The notes beneath the pieces were generated by a model, which did not search any database, had not been told where the DNA came from, and saw nothing but the letters and a program-made list of their open reading frames with translations. The translations under genes and the position numbers were made by a program. Below, one piece after another: positions 49,738-59,104 of a DNA stretch of 64,000 bases (position 1 is the stretch's first letter; every line of letters begins with the position of its first letter). The DNA comes from an uncultured Chloroflexia bacterium (GTDB taxonomy: Bacteria > Chloroflexota > Dehalococcoidia > SM23-28-2 > RBG-16-64-32). The stretch is from the NCBI GenBank assembly GCA_963717065.1, contig CAVQVC010000001.1:1681001-1745000 (forward strand), in the 5' to 3' direction.

Positions 49738-51399
49738 GTGACGCAGGCCGCGGGGGAGCTTATCTCGCTCCCTGAAGACTTTCCCATCAGCTGGGATCCC
49801 CCCGAAGATCAGCACAAGTACTGGTTCTGGGACCAGATGCACCACCCTCACGCCGTGACACCAATGACGGCCTCGCTCGACGGGAAGGCTTTCGCAGAAG
49901 GCATCGGAAGGACGTGCGAAACGCTGCATATGCCGATGCGCACGAGTATCATGCGTCCGTACAACTACTACGTCTATTTCGGAAGCGTCCCGCGCAAAGA
50001 GACTGCAGCAGAGGTCGAGCAGCGCGACCGCAAGATGCAAGCGGAAATGATGGCCCGGGCGCCGCGCGTGCTCAGCGACTGGGAGAACATTTACCTCCCG
50101 GAGGTCATGCAGCTGAACGCCCGGCTACGCGATTACCCGTATTCCGACGCGGCTCCCAGAGCACTGGCGGATCTGCTGGAGGAAGCCGTGGCCAACCGCA
50201 CTCGGCAATGGGAGTTGCACTTTCTCGCTGTAATGCCGGCGATGGGGACGGCAATGGAGTTCGCCCGTATATACGAAGAGACGTTTGGTCCGTCCCCCGA
50301 ACAGGAGCACCTGCGAATGCTGCAGGGATTCCCTAACAAGAGCGTCGAAGCCGGGCAGGCGCTCTACGACATTGCCCAGGAGATCAAAGCAATTCCGTCG
50401 GTCGCTGAAGCCGTTGAGTCAGCAACCCCCGAACGCGTACTGGACGATCTGGAGCGCTCCGCGGCCGGCAAGGAAGCAGCCTCACTGCTCCGGACGTATC
50501 TTGATGACTACGGGTGGCGCAGCGACCAGTTTGAGCTTGCAGACCCTGCGTGGATCGAGGACCCGCGGCCGATGGTTTACAATCTCAAGAGCTACCTGCG
50601 CGACGATGCAACGGATCCACGAGATGAGCAGGCCAACGCAATCACGGAACGCGAGCGGCTGGTCAAGGAGATGCTCGAACGCGTCGAGGATGACCCCGCG
50701 AAGCGCAACACGTTGCAGATGATGGTCGCCATGGCGCAGCAGTACTTGCCGGTACAGGAGAACCACAACTTCTACATCGACCAGATGAACACCGTCCTTA
50801 TGCGATTGCCAGTTCTAGAAGTCGGCAGGCGTCTCACCGCCGAAGGCGTCTTGAACGACCCCGGCGACGCCTTTATGCTTTCGACATCCGAGGCCCAGGA
50901 TGCAATCCTCAGGCTCAACCGGTCATGGGTCTCGCTGGTTGCCGAGAGAAAGGCCCAACTGGAACACTGGTCGAAGGTCGTCCCGCCGACATTCATCGGT
51001 ACCAAGCCCGCCGAAGAGATCCGCCAGGACATCACGGATCGCTTCTGGGGTCTGGACAAGGAGCCGTCCAAGAACCCGAAAGTGATCACCGGCCATGGCG
51101 CCTCCCGAGGAACCGTAACCGCCCCCGCGAAGGTGGTCCGACACCTCGGCGAATCGGACAAGCTGGAGCCGGGAGATATCCTCGTCTGCGAAATGACAAT
51201 GCCGCCGTGGACGCCACTGTTCTCAATTGTCTCCGCGGTAGTCGCGGATTCCGGCGGCGTTCTATCTCACTGCGCCATCGTGGCCCGCGAGTACGGTATC
51301 CCTTGCGTGGTAGGCACCCGCATCGGGACGCAACGCATCAAGGACGGTCAGATACTGACGGTAGATGGTACCCGCGGAATCGCGCGCCTCGAGGGATAG
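49738..51399 (+). CDS. PEP-utilizing-enzyme mobile-domain protein (PEP synthase/rifampin phosphotransferase-related)
   Basis: C-terminal GASRGTVTAPAKVV...GDILVCEMTMPPWTPLF...GGVLSHCAIVAREYGIPCVVG (phospho-His swivel domain). GTG 49738 is chosen; the upstream part of the track ORF is antisense to the flavin reductase gene. Confidence 0.75.
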   Translation: MTQAAGELISLPEDFPISWDPPEDQHKYWFWDQMHHPHAVTPMTASLDGKAFAEGIGRTCETLHMPMRTSIMRPYNYYVYFGSVPRKETAAEVEQRDRKMQAEMMARAPRVLSDWENIYLPEVMQLNARLRDYPYSDAAPRALADLLEEAVANRTRQWELHFLAVMPAMGTAMEFARIYEETFGPSPEQEHLRMLQGFPNKSVEAGQALYDIAQEIKAIPSVAEAVESATPERVLDDLERSAAGKEAASLLRTYLDDYGWRSDQFELADPAWIEDPRPMVYNLKSYLRDDATDPRDEQANAITERERLVKEMLERVEDDPAKRNTLQMMVAMAQQYLPVQENHNFYIDQMNTVLMRLPVLEVGRRLTAEGVLNDPGDAFMLSTSEAQDAILRLNRSWVSLVAERKAQLEHWSKVVPPTFIGTKPAEEIRQDITDRFWGLDKEPSKNPKVITGHGASRGTVTAPAKVVRHLGESDKLEPGDILVCEMTMPPWTPLFSIVSAVVADSGGVLSHCAIVAREYGIPCVVGTRIGTQRIKDGQILTVDGTRGIARLEG

Positions 51400-51409
51400 C
51401 GGTTATTCC

Positions 51410-52954
51410 CTAACTTCCGGACAAATCTTCACGCGCCCACTCCCCAATACGCTCCCCAATCATGATCGTAGGGATGTTCGTATTGGCGCGCGGCACGCGT
51501 GGCATGATCGATGCGTCCGCTACTCGCAAGCCCTGAATGCCGTGAACAAAGCCGCGCTCGTCGACGACTGCGGTGGGATCATCAGCGGGTCCCATGCGGC
51601 AAGTGCACGAAGGATGCGCTCCAGTCGAGACGTTTCGGCGCACCCAGCTCTCGAGCGCTGCGGGATTGTGAAGCTCCGCGCTGGTCGGGCGGCGCGCGCC
51701 TTCACAGACCGCATCGATAGCCCGCGTCTCTGCCAGCTCCATCGCCCGCCACAGGCCGTCCATGAGCTTCTCGTAATCTCGTTCGTCTGAGGCATAATCC
51801 ATCACGATCCGCGGACGCGCGTCGATGTCGGCGCTATCGAACTCCAGGCGGCCATAGGAGTAGGACTTGAAGACGCAGGCCGCGATCCCCGTGAGGAGCC
51901 TCCCGCCGACCACATGCATGAAGCTGAGTGGCTCGAGTTGCATGTCGTTCCGGTCACCGCTCTCGCTCGCTGTATACCGCATGGTCGTCTGGATCACCGG
52001 GTCGTCAAAGCTCGTTACGCCTGCCCGTGGGTAAAGAGTAGGCCCAATCGCCGGGTGATCCATCAGGTGCTGTCCCACGCCGGGGAGCGCCTGTACTACA
52101 CCGATGCCGAGGCGATCGAGGACTTCACGCGGGCCTATGCCCGACCGAATCAAGACTGCGGGGGACAGTATCGCGCCGCATGAAACGACGGTGTGCCGCG
52201 CCGAGACTGATTCAGTAACACCCCGCGTCATCAGTTCCACGCCTGCCACCGATCCGTCGTTTGTCAGGACCCTGCGGACGTCCGTGTCCGGGCGGATCGT
52301 CAGGTTCGGACGGGCGCGGACCTCCGGTGTCAGGTAGGCAAGTGCCGTGCTTATTCGAAGGTCGCCGCGCTTATTCATAGGGTGTGCGCCGTAACCGCTT
52401 GATCCGGGATCGTTGTGGTCCGGGCACTCTCTGTACCCGCGCTTCTCTCCAAGCTCTCGGCAGGCGTCCAGGTAAGCGGCCTGAAATGGCACCAGCTCTT
52501 CGCTCGGGTGCCGTCGGATCGGCAGCGGGCCGCCGCGGCCATGGTACGGCGCATCTCCGTAGTCGAGATCGTCTTCCAGTCGGATGAAGTAAGGCAGGAC
52601 CTTCTCCCACGCCCACTCAGGGTTGCCCAGGGTAGCCCATTCGTCGTAATCCTCAGGCGCGCCCCGCAGCGCGATCGCGGTGTTCACAGCGGACGACCCA
52701 CCGACCACGCGTCCCCGAGCAAATGGGACAGTCCGGCTGGTAGCCGATGGGGTGTATGAGAGGTCCCAATCGTGGGCCGTGAATGATGCATGACGGACGT
52801 TCCGCAGGTCTTCCGGCAACGACTCGGGGTTCGGGTAGTCTGGCCCCGACTCCAGCAACAACACACGCACTCGCGGTTCTTCGCTGGCCCTCGCGGCTAC
52901 GACGCACCCGGCGCTCCCCGCGCCGCAGACGACCAGATCGAAGTCGTAAGACAT
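51410..52954 (-). CDS. GMC-family FAD oxidoreductase
   Basis: FDLVVCGAGSAGCVVAARAS (FAD GxGxxG), GGSSAVN, and a C-terminal HPSCTCRMG...GLRVADASIMP. Confidence 0.9.
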   Translation of the reverse strand: MSYDFDLVVCGAGSAGCVVAARASEEPRVRVLLLESGPDYPNPESLPEDLRNVRHASFTAHDWDLSYTPSATSRTVPFARGRVVGGSSAVNTAIALRGAPEDYDEWATLGNPEWAWEKVLPYFIRLEDDLDYGDAPYHGRGGPLPIRRHPSEELVPFQAAYLDACRELGEKRGYRECPDHNDPGSSGYGAHPMNKRGDLRISTALAYLTPEVRARPNLTIRPDTDVRRVLTNDGSVAGVELMTRGVTESVSARHTVVSCGAILSPAVLIRSGIGPREVLDRLGIGVVQALPGVGQHLMDHPAIGPTLYPRAGVTSFDDPVIQTTMRYTASESGDRNDMQLEPLSFMHVVGGRLLTGIAACVFKSYSYGRLEFDSADIDARPRIVMDYASDERDYEKLMDGLWRAMELAETRAIDAVCEGARRPTSAELHNPAALESWVRRNVSTGAHPSCTCRMGPADDPTAVVDERGFVHGIQGLRVADASIMPRVPRANTNIPTIMIGERIGEWAREDLSGS

Positions 52955-53152
52955 GACGGAATCATATAGCAGCCGATGTGCCGGTTAGTAGCTCGCGATC
53001 GGCCCGTGTTCCCACCCGATGCGCTCCGACTTCGCCGGTAAGCATGATCCGGTAACCAATTTGTTCGACAATACGCCGAAAAACCCCTCGCCAAAGTCGC
53101 GTCGGTAGACGATAATTGCCGACGTACCACCCCAAACCGAAGGAGGCACACC

Positions 53153-53485
53153 ATGGTGAATAACACCCGCGACGGCGCCGTCGAGACGCTCCAGGAGACG
53201 CAGGAAGAGACCACTGGCGCTGTCGAAACACTTGCCGAAGCCATTCTCGACACCGGCTCGAATGCCGACAACGCCACCACTGACGTTATCGAGACGGTCA
53301 TCGCCGAAGTCGACGAAGGCGCCGATGAGCTGATCGAAGGGAGCACGCCGGGAGGCGGCCGGCGCTACATGCGGACCGGTGTTCTGGTCATGATGGCCAC
53401 CGCTATCGTTGTGGGAGTTCTCGCCGGAATGTACCTCCGCAGGCGCGCCAGCGCCCCCGAGCCAGAGGAAGACGTCTTCGCCTAG
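53153..53485 (+). CDS. hypothetical acidic, C-terminally membrane-anchored protein
   Basis: GGAGG RBS, strong GC3, acidic helical N-part (ETLQETQEETTGAVETLAEAILD...) and a single C-terminal TM (GVLVMMATAIVVGVLAGMYL). Confidence 0.55.
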   Translation: MVNNTRDGAVETLQETQEETTGAVETLAEAILDTGSNADNATTDVIETVIAEVDEGADELIEGSTPGGGRRYMRTGVLVMMATAIVVGVLAGMYLRRRASAPEPEEDVFA

Positions 53486-54237
53486 CCCGTCCCTCCAGAG
53501 CTCGAGGAACGTCCACTCTGTCGAGTGGCTAGCCATCCGCCGGCAAAACCGCCGGCGTTGACCGCGTAGTGCACTGCGATCGGGGCCGCGACACTACCGG
53601 TGCGCCTGCGCAGCCATGATAGAAACAAACTGGCCCCGGCTGTCGCCGTGCATACGCCAGCCACTATCACTCCTTGCCTCAAAGCGCTGCCCTGGTGCGC
53701 GTCGGCCACACCGGGATTCGAATGCACTCGATCAAGGGTGGGCAGGATATGCCACGCCCCGAACAGCGCGGCGCTTATCAGCGCAACGCGGGCTGGTGAA
53801 CGGCGTCGCGAGAGAATGCCCTCCAACGCACTCCTGAATACGAGTTCCTCGCCGCCGGCGGTTACAACAGGAATCCGCACGAAGAGCTCGTATAACGCAT
53901 TGCCCGTATCGGCACCAATTATCCGCTCGTCCTGGAAGAACCTTCGCGTCATGGGCAAATATGCTCCGAGCGCCATGGCGCCAGTGATAGGCACGCCAAC
54001 CAGGAGACCGTAGAGCATACTCCGAGGCGCTGGAGCAGGTGACAACCCTTGTTCAGCGACAGTGGCACCTGCCGCCTTCGCCAGCAACAGCATGGACGCC
54101 GCGCTTCCGACGGCTGCAGCGACGGTGTGTGCGCGAGTTGGCGCGCGGTTGAGAATGAGATTTGAGGCCACCACGACCGCCACGGCCCCGACTTCGTGAG
54201 GAGTGAGAGTTACCAGGAGCCGCCTGGGGCCGGCCAT
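53482..54237 (-). CDS. CPBP-family intramembrane glutamic endopeptidase (CAAX protease-like)
   Basis: Motifs GEELVFRSAL, FGAWHI and HYAVNAG in a polytopic protein. Confidence 0.8.
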   Translation of the reverse strand: MAGPRRLLVTLTPHEVGAVAVVVASNLILNRAPTRAHTVAAAVGSAASMLLLAKAAGATVAEQGLSPAPAPRSMLYGLLVGVPITGAMALGAYLPMTRRFFQDERIIGADTGNALYELFVRIPVVTAGGEELVFRSALEGILSRRRSPARVALISAALFGAWHILPTLDRVHSNPGVADAHQGSALRQGVIVAGVCTATAGASLFLSWLRRRTGSVAAPIAVHYAVNAGGFAGGWLATRQSGRSSSSGGTG

Positions 54238-56231
54238 CAGGCCTCGGTCTTGGAGCTTACCTTCTCGGACGCGCCATCCGTTGAAGTCTCCACACCCGGG
54301 CGAGCCTCCAGGAGACCCTGCCGGTAGAGTTCGTAGCGCCGCAGCGCCCCCTCGACGCGCTCAAGCTGCTCGTCGGTGCATGGCAGGTCATATGCCTCGC
54401 GAACGAAACGCGCCAGGTCCGCCCGATAGTCGTGCCCGTTCGCGTCGAACTTTCCCGGCACAACGTTCATCGCGTTGTTCATGTCGATAAGTGTTTGGAA
54501 GAAGGTGGTCGGCGTGATCCATTTCTGGCTCTTGGGCACGCCGGCCGGCCTCTCGTCGGGGTCTCCAAGCCAATCGGGCTGCTGTATCAACAGGTCAGGA
54601 CCGAAGTGTCCAACACCATCGTTGCCATGGGTGACCATGAAATATCGAAGCTCCTTCCGAGCCTTTGCCGGGAGGGCTTGGACCTCCTCGAAGCTGTTGA
54701 AGTCTCCGACGAGGGCACGATCGACGTCCGCCCGGTCCTTGCCCTTTACCTGCACCTTCCACTTGCTCAGGTGCGGTGTCCCGATCCAGAGCCCACGTTC
54801 CACGCCGGCGTCTTGCAACCCCTGAGTACCCGTATGGATGAAGGCGTCCTGGCTGGTGTGCGCACCGAGGCTCTCTCCGAAGACAACTAACTTGGGGCGC
54901 TTCTCCGGCGGCATCTGGTAAAGCTTGCGCCGGATGGCGGCAAGGAGCATGCGGAAGTGCTTGCGCCCTTCCCACACACGGTCCAGAGACATCGGAGAGG
55001 GACGCTTTGAATACTGGATCGTAACGGTGGCACAATTCCCGAGCGTGTAATACTCGGCGGACTCCACGGTCACGTAGTTCACATAGCCGGTTCCGGTCGG
55101 CGAAGTCACAAGGAGCAGCTTCCGGTCGAACGCCTTCGTCCGCTCCATCTCCCGGAGCGCGAGGTCAATGCGTTGCTCTTCCGTGGGCGCGCTGTCGAGG
55201 CCGACGAAGATCCTGATGGGGTCCATAGCGGGCTCGCCCATGATCTCCTCGATCCACTTCTTAGGCAGAACGGTCGAGACATGGCGACGCCCCTCGCGGC
55301 CGAGGGTGTCCCATGAGACTGCGCTGGCGGCGCTTCCGCTGACGAACTTCGAAGTTGGCGGGTTGTCAAACGCGGCTTCTATCTTTCCCGTACCAGCCTC
55401 GATCTGGTGCGACGTCTTGTACCAGAGCCCATATAGAGCCGCGCCCAGGACTGCAAAGTTGAGGAGATGGGCCATCGGCCGCCAGAGCCTCTCGTCGCCT
55501 GGGAGTACATTGTCAAGCGTTCGCCCGATCACCCGAGAAACAGCCCGGTTGCCCAGCGACATGCCGGCCAGTCCCAATGCGATCCCGGCGCCCATGGCCA
55601 GCGACCGTGTCCCGGAAATCTGCGCATCCTCGTCGCCGTCAAGGACCCCGTAGGATGCCTCCTTGCGGCGCCGCTGGAACTCGCGGATCGCGGCGAATGT
55701 CCCTCCGCCGACAAGGGCGACAGGCACTTTGTCCAGCTGATACTTGTGCTCGGTGCGGTCATCGAGCGTGTCGAGCGTCTCCTCGGTGAGACCAGAGGCC
55801 AGTCCAGCGAACGAGGCGATAGAGAGCCACTGTCCAAGTACCCGTGCACCGGCTCGCTCCAGGGACTCGTTGGGTCGCTGTTGGAACGCGCGTTGCAGTC
55901 CTATGCCCCCGGCAAACGCCGCGACGTCCGCCACGAGGCTCAACCGCCGCAACTTGTCCTCATCTGCGACGCGCTTGCTGCCGCCCACAAGAGCCCAGGA
56001 GGCTGCCGACTCGACGGCGTCGTGGAGGATGCTGGCCATGAGGTACATCATCCCCATCGTGGCGCCTGTGACGATCGCCTGATCCCGCGTGTTTCGGGGG
56101 ATGAGGGTGCGCTGAAAGGTCATCGACACGCCGGCGATGGCGGCGAAGACTCCTGCCTGGTCGGACCGGTGCAGGCGTAACCGACGGCGCCGCTCCCCCA
56201 CTCCGCTGTTTACGTTATTGCCAGATGCCAT
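54237..56231 (-). CDS. membrane-anchored alpha/beta-hydrolase family protein (Abhydrolase_9-like)
   Basis: Polytopic N-terminal half, then a soluble half with VFGESLGAHTS (GxSxG-type nucleophile elbow). The stop overlaps the CPBP start by 1 nt. The family name is from my recollection. Confidence 0.65.
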   Translation of the reverse strand: MASGNNVNSGVGERRRRLRLHRSDQAGVFAAIAGVSMTFQRTLIPRNTRDQAIVTGATMGMMYLMASILHDAVESAASWALVGGSKRVADEDKLRRLSLVADVAAFAGGIGLQRAFQQRPNESLERAGARVLGQWLSIASFAGLASGLTEETLDTLDDRTEHKYQLDKVPVALVGGGTFAAIREFQRRRKEASYGVLDGDEDAQISGTRSLAMGAGIALGLAGMSLGNRAVSRVIGRTLDNVLPGDERLWRPMAHLLNFAVLGAALYGLWYKTSHQIEAGTGKIEAAFDNPPTSKFVSGSAASAVSWDTLGREGRRHVSTVLPKKWIEEIMGEPAMDPIRIFVGLDSAPTEEQRIDLALREMERTKAFDRKLLLVTSPTGTGYVNYVTVESAEYYTLGNCATVTIQYSKRPSPMSLDRVWEGRKHFRMLLAAIRRKLYQMPPEKRPKLVVFGESLGAHTSQDAFIHTGTQGLQDAGVERGLWIGTPHLSKWKVQVKGKDRADVDRALVGDFNSFEEVQALPAKARKELRYFMVTHGNDGVGHFGPDLLIQQPDWLGDPDERPAGVPKSQKWITPTTFFQTLIDMNNAMNVVPGKFDANGHDYRADLARFVREAYDLPCTDEQLERVEGALRRYELYRQGLLEARPGVETSTDGASEKVSSKTEA

Positions 56232-56263
56232 CGCTTTCGTATCCTACCATTTCTAGTCTGCCC

Positions 56264-56770
56264 CTAGTCTTGCCGCTTAGCGAGGAGTTCAGCCCCAAGG
56301 TCGGGCCGCATCGCGAAGCGTTCCAAATCGGAGTAATCTGCCAGGGTGTCCGATAGTTCAGCCAACCAGTTCTCTTCGATTACGGCAACCAGAGCGGCAC
56401 CGCCGGGCGGCAAGTTCTCTCCGATCTCCTTGAGCAGGTTGTTGTCGAATCCCTGATCTGTAAAGTGCGCAACAGCTGCACCCGCCGCGGCGCCAATGGC
56501 CCCCAGGGCCAGCACGGACGGCGGGAATATCATACCGAGCACTCCGCCAGCGATCGCTCCCGCTACCGCCAGCTTCTTCCCGCTAAGCTCCGCCGTCTCA
56601 ATGATCTCCAGTTTGTCGCCGCCCTTGGTCCAGCTCATCACCGCCGCATCCAGGATCTCGATGGCGCGTCGTTTGCGGAGATTGCGCAGAGTATCCAGCG
56701 CCTTCGATGCCTGTGATGGGTCGTCGTAGTAGGCTGCAACAACGCTAATAGGGGCAGCTGATGAGCTCAC
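56264..56770 (-). CDS. DUF1269-type membrane protein
   Basis: ISVVAAYYDDPSQASKALDTLRNLRKRRAIEILDAAVMSW..., a Gly-zipper TM (LAVAGAIAGGVLGMIF...GAIGAAAGAAVAHF), and FDNNLLKEIGENLPPGGAALVAVIE. GTG 56770 is preceded by GGAGG. Confidence 0.75.
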   Translation of the reverse strand: MSSSAAPISVVAAYYDDPSQASKALDTLRNLRKRRAIEILDAAVMSWTKGGDKLEIIETAELSGKKLAVAGAIAGGVLGMIFPPSVLALGAIGAAAGAAVAHFTDQGFDNNLLKEIGENLPPGGAALVAVIEENWLAELSDTLADYSDLERFAMRPDLGAELLAKRQD

Positions 56771-56981
56771 GGCTCGCCTCCAGACTCCGTGTCTATGCAC
56801 GTGACCAGCATGGGACCCTAGTACGGCGCATCGCGTCGTTGAGATTACGTATGTTCGTACCCACTTTCTTCACGCGTTGAGTCTGAACCTGCGTTTCACA
56901 ACTTACCAGGCGTGTTAACGCATTCCGGCCCTCGCAGCGGGTATACTCTCACTTACAAGTTTTTAGTGAGCCAGGAGCAGG

Positions 56982-58058
56982 ATGACCCAGATCAACAGCG
57001 CACCCAAACAACCCGCAGCCGGTGGTGCCTCCGGTCCGCTGGAACAGCTCGAGAAGCGACTCTCAGAGTGCGAGGAGCGCTACGAGCGCCTCGTTGAGGG
57101 CAGCCCGGATGTAATCTTTCGGATCAGGGTTCACCCAGAAGTGCGGTTCGAGTACATCAACTCTGCCGGCGAGCGAATTCTGGGCTACCCCCTGGAACAG
57201 CTACGCTCAGCCGATAAGGATTTCCTGCTGAGCATCCTGGCTGAGGACGAGAGGGCAAGCGCGCTTGAGACCATGGCCGGCCGAGAGTTCAGCTCCACCA
57301 GGCTCAGGCGCTGGCGCCGCGGGGACGGCGAGGAGATCTGGACCGAACAACACGTTATCCCCGTATATGACGGAACAGGTCGCCTCGTTGCGCTGGAGGG
57401 GGTAGCACGCGACGTAACCGACCGCGAGCGCGCACTCCGCACGCTTCGAGCCATCGAAGACCGCGAGCGGCGTCTAATTGAATCGCTACCCGATCTCGTT
57501 ATGCGATTGGATGAATCTGGCACGTTCGTTGAGCACATCGCCACAGCCTCGAGGCAGCCGGCAAAGATATTCCTGAACAGGCCGATTGATGAGGTGATTC
57601 CGAAGGAGACGCTCCCGGCTGCGCGGCAGGCGCTGAAGAAAGCACTGGCGGGAACACCGCAGGCGTTCCAATCCACGGTCGGGGTTTGGGAGGATGAGCG
57701 AACCTACGAGGTCCGGCTCGTTCCGACCGGCTCCGGGGAGCTGTTGGCGTTCCTGCGAGATATAACCGGTGAGGTCTGGGCGGCTGGAGAGGATCAGCGA
57801 CGGAGGGAGCGTGACGAGCTGGAGGGCATCGTCGAGAAGCAGATCGGGATACGCAACCCGTACCACCTGACTTTCCGTGAGTTCGCGGTGCTGCACTTCG
57901 TTGCGCAGGGAGCATCCGACAAGGAGATCGCCAACCAGCTGGGAATTGCCCTCTCGACCGTGAACAAGCACGTGTCGAATATCCTGGGCAAGATGGACGC
58001 AGGCTCGCGCACGGAGGCCGGGGTAAGGGCGGTCCACGACGGGCTCGTCGCCGCCTGA
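56982..58058 (+). CDS. PAS-PAS-LuxR-type HTH regulator
   Basis: Two PAS-like segments (SPDVIFRIRVHPEVRFEYINSAGERILGY...; LPDLVMRLDESGTFVEH...) and a C-terminal LTFREFAVLHFVAQGASDKEIANQLGIALSTVNKHVSNILGKM. Confidence 0.85.
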   Translation: MTQINSAPKQPAAGGASGPLEQLEKRLSECEERYERLVEGSPDVIFRIRVHPEVRFEYINSAGERILGYPLEQLRSADKDFLLSILAEDERASALETMAGREFSSTRLRRWRRGDGEEIWTEQHVIPVYDGTGRLVALEGVARDVTDRERALRTLRAIEDRERRLIESLPDLVMRLDESGTFVEHIATASRQPAKIFLNRPIDEVIPKETLPAARQALKKALAGTPQAFQSTVGVWEDERTYEVRLVPTGSGELLAFLRDITGEVWAAGEDQRRRERDELEGIVEKQIGIRNPYHLTFREFAVLHFVAQGASDKEIANQLGIALSTVNKHVSNILGKMDAGSRTEAGVRAVHDGLVAA

Positions 58059-58070
58059 ATACCGGCGCAG

Positions 58071-58088
58071 GCAAGAACTACCTAGAAA
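58071..58088 (+). promoter_or_regulatory. 18-nt motif GCAAGAACTACCTAGAAA, copy 1
   Basis: 17/18 identical to 62099-62116. Both copies begin 12-13 nt after the stop codon of the preceding gene. Confidence 0.35.
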
Positions 58089-58120
58089 ACTGCTTGTTGC
58101 TAGCGATTCCAGTTAGCTAG

Positions 58121-58139
58121 TGTGAATGGCATATTCACA
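58121..58139. promoter_or_regulatory. 19-bp palindrome TGTGAATGGCATATTCACA upstream of the PLDc_N-SHOCT gene
   Basis: Perfect 7-bp arms TGTGAAT/ATTCACA with a 5-nt centre, 29 nt upstream of ATG 58169. It is preceded by a second small inverted repeat, CTAGC...GCTAG (58100-58120). Confidence 0.4.
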
Positions 58140-58168
58140 GCAACCACTCAACAAGAGGAGGTACTTGA

Positions 58169-58540
58169 ATGGACGGGTTTCTAACCTGGCAATTCGGAGA
58201 GGTGATCATCTACATGGTGATCGTCTTCTTCTGGATTCTGGTTATCTGGATGTTCATCGCCGTCTTCACGGATATCTTCCGGAGACGCGACCACAGCGGC
58301 TGGGCCAAGGCGTTCTGGGTGTTCTTTATCTTCATCCTGCCGCTAATCGGCGTCCTGGTGTACCTGATCGCCCGGCCAAAGGACGCAACGGCAGAGCAGG
58401 ACGCAGAGATCGCCCGGGCTGCGATGCGAGCCTCCGGCTACTCCGCCGCCGATGAGATCGCCCAGGCCAAGCAACTCTTGGAGCAGGGCGCGCTCACTCA
58501 GGCCGAGTTCGACCAGATCAAGCAAAACGCTCTCAGCTAG
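58169..58540 (+). CDS. PLDc_N-type 2-TM protein with a C-terminal SHOCT domain
   Basis: FWILVIWMFIAVFTDIFRRRDHSGWAKAFWVFFIFILPLIGVLVYLIARPKDA (PLDc_N pattern), then IAQAKQLLEQGALTQAEFDQIKQNAL (SHOCT pattern). AGAGGAGG RBS. Confidence 0.8.
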   Translation: MDGFLTWQFGEVIIYMVIVFFWILVIWMFIAVFTDIFRRRDHSGWAKAFWVFFIFILPLIGVLVYLIARPKDATAEQDAEIARAAMRASGYSAADEIAQAKQLLEQGALTQAEFDQIKQNALS

Positions 58541-58604
58541 CCCCAGGGGCGCTTTGTCGCGCCTACAGTAATACTGCTTCGGCAGTCCCGGAAGGAGCTT
58601 CAAC

Positions 58605-59039
58605 ATGCCTGGAAGATGGATCTATTGGGCGATGGCCCTGCTCGCGGCCTCGCTTGCTGTCGCCTTCGTCGCCTGCGGCGACGATGACGATGACAGCGGC
58701 GCCACCGACAGCGCCAACGAACAACTGTGCAACGATCTTGGAGACTTGACCACGGCGATTCAGGGAGTGGAGGACCTCAACTCCGACTCAACGGTGGACG
58801 ACGCGCAGGCGGCCGTGGGCGCGCTCCAAGCCGCCTGGGATGACGTGAAGTCTTCTGCCGAAGCCGTGGCGCAGACCGAATCGGCTGCCCTGGCGACGGC
58901 TCTTGAGAACCTCGGCGACACGATCCAGAACATTTCCGGATCGGACTCGCTGGCGGACGCGGAGACAGATGTCCAGGCGGCGGCAGATGACGTTCAGCAG
59001 GCCAGGGATGATCTGTCGACCTCGGCTGGCTGTGGTTAG
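58605..59039 (+). CDS. acidic lipoprotein, paralog A
   Basis: Signal peptide with lipobox FVAC, followed by GDDDDD. Helical Asp/Ala/Gln-rich body. Cys near each end (EQLCNDL; SAGCG*). Confidence 0.6.
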   Translation: MPGRWIYWAMALLAASLAVAFVACGDDDDDSGATDSANEQLCNDLGDLTTAIQGVEDLNSDSTVDDAQAAVGALQAAWDDVKSSAEAVAQTESAALATALENLGDTIQNISGSDSLADAETDVQAAADDVQQARDDLSTSAGCG

Positions 59040-59104
59040 ACGAAGTCCCGCAGATAGGATTGGTAGTCAGCTTTGACTGCCGCGATACCGAAGGAGTCTG
59101 AGAA

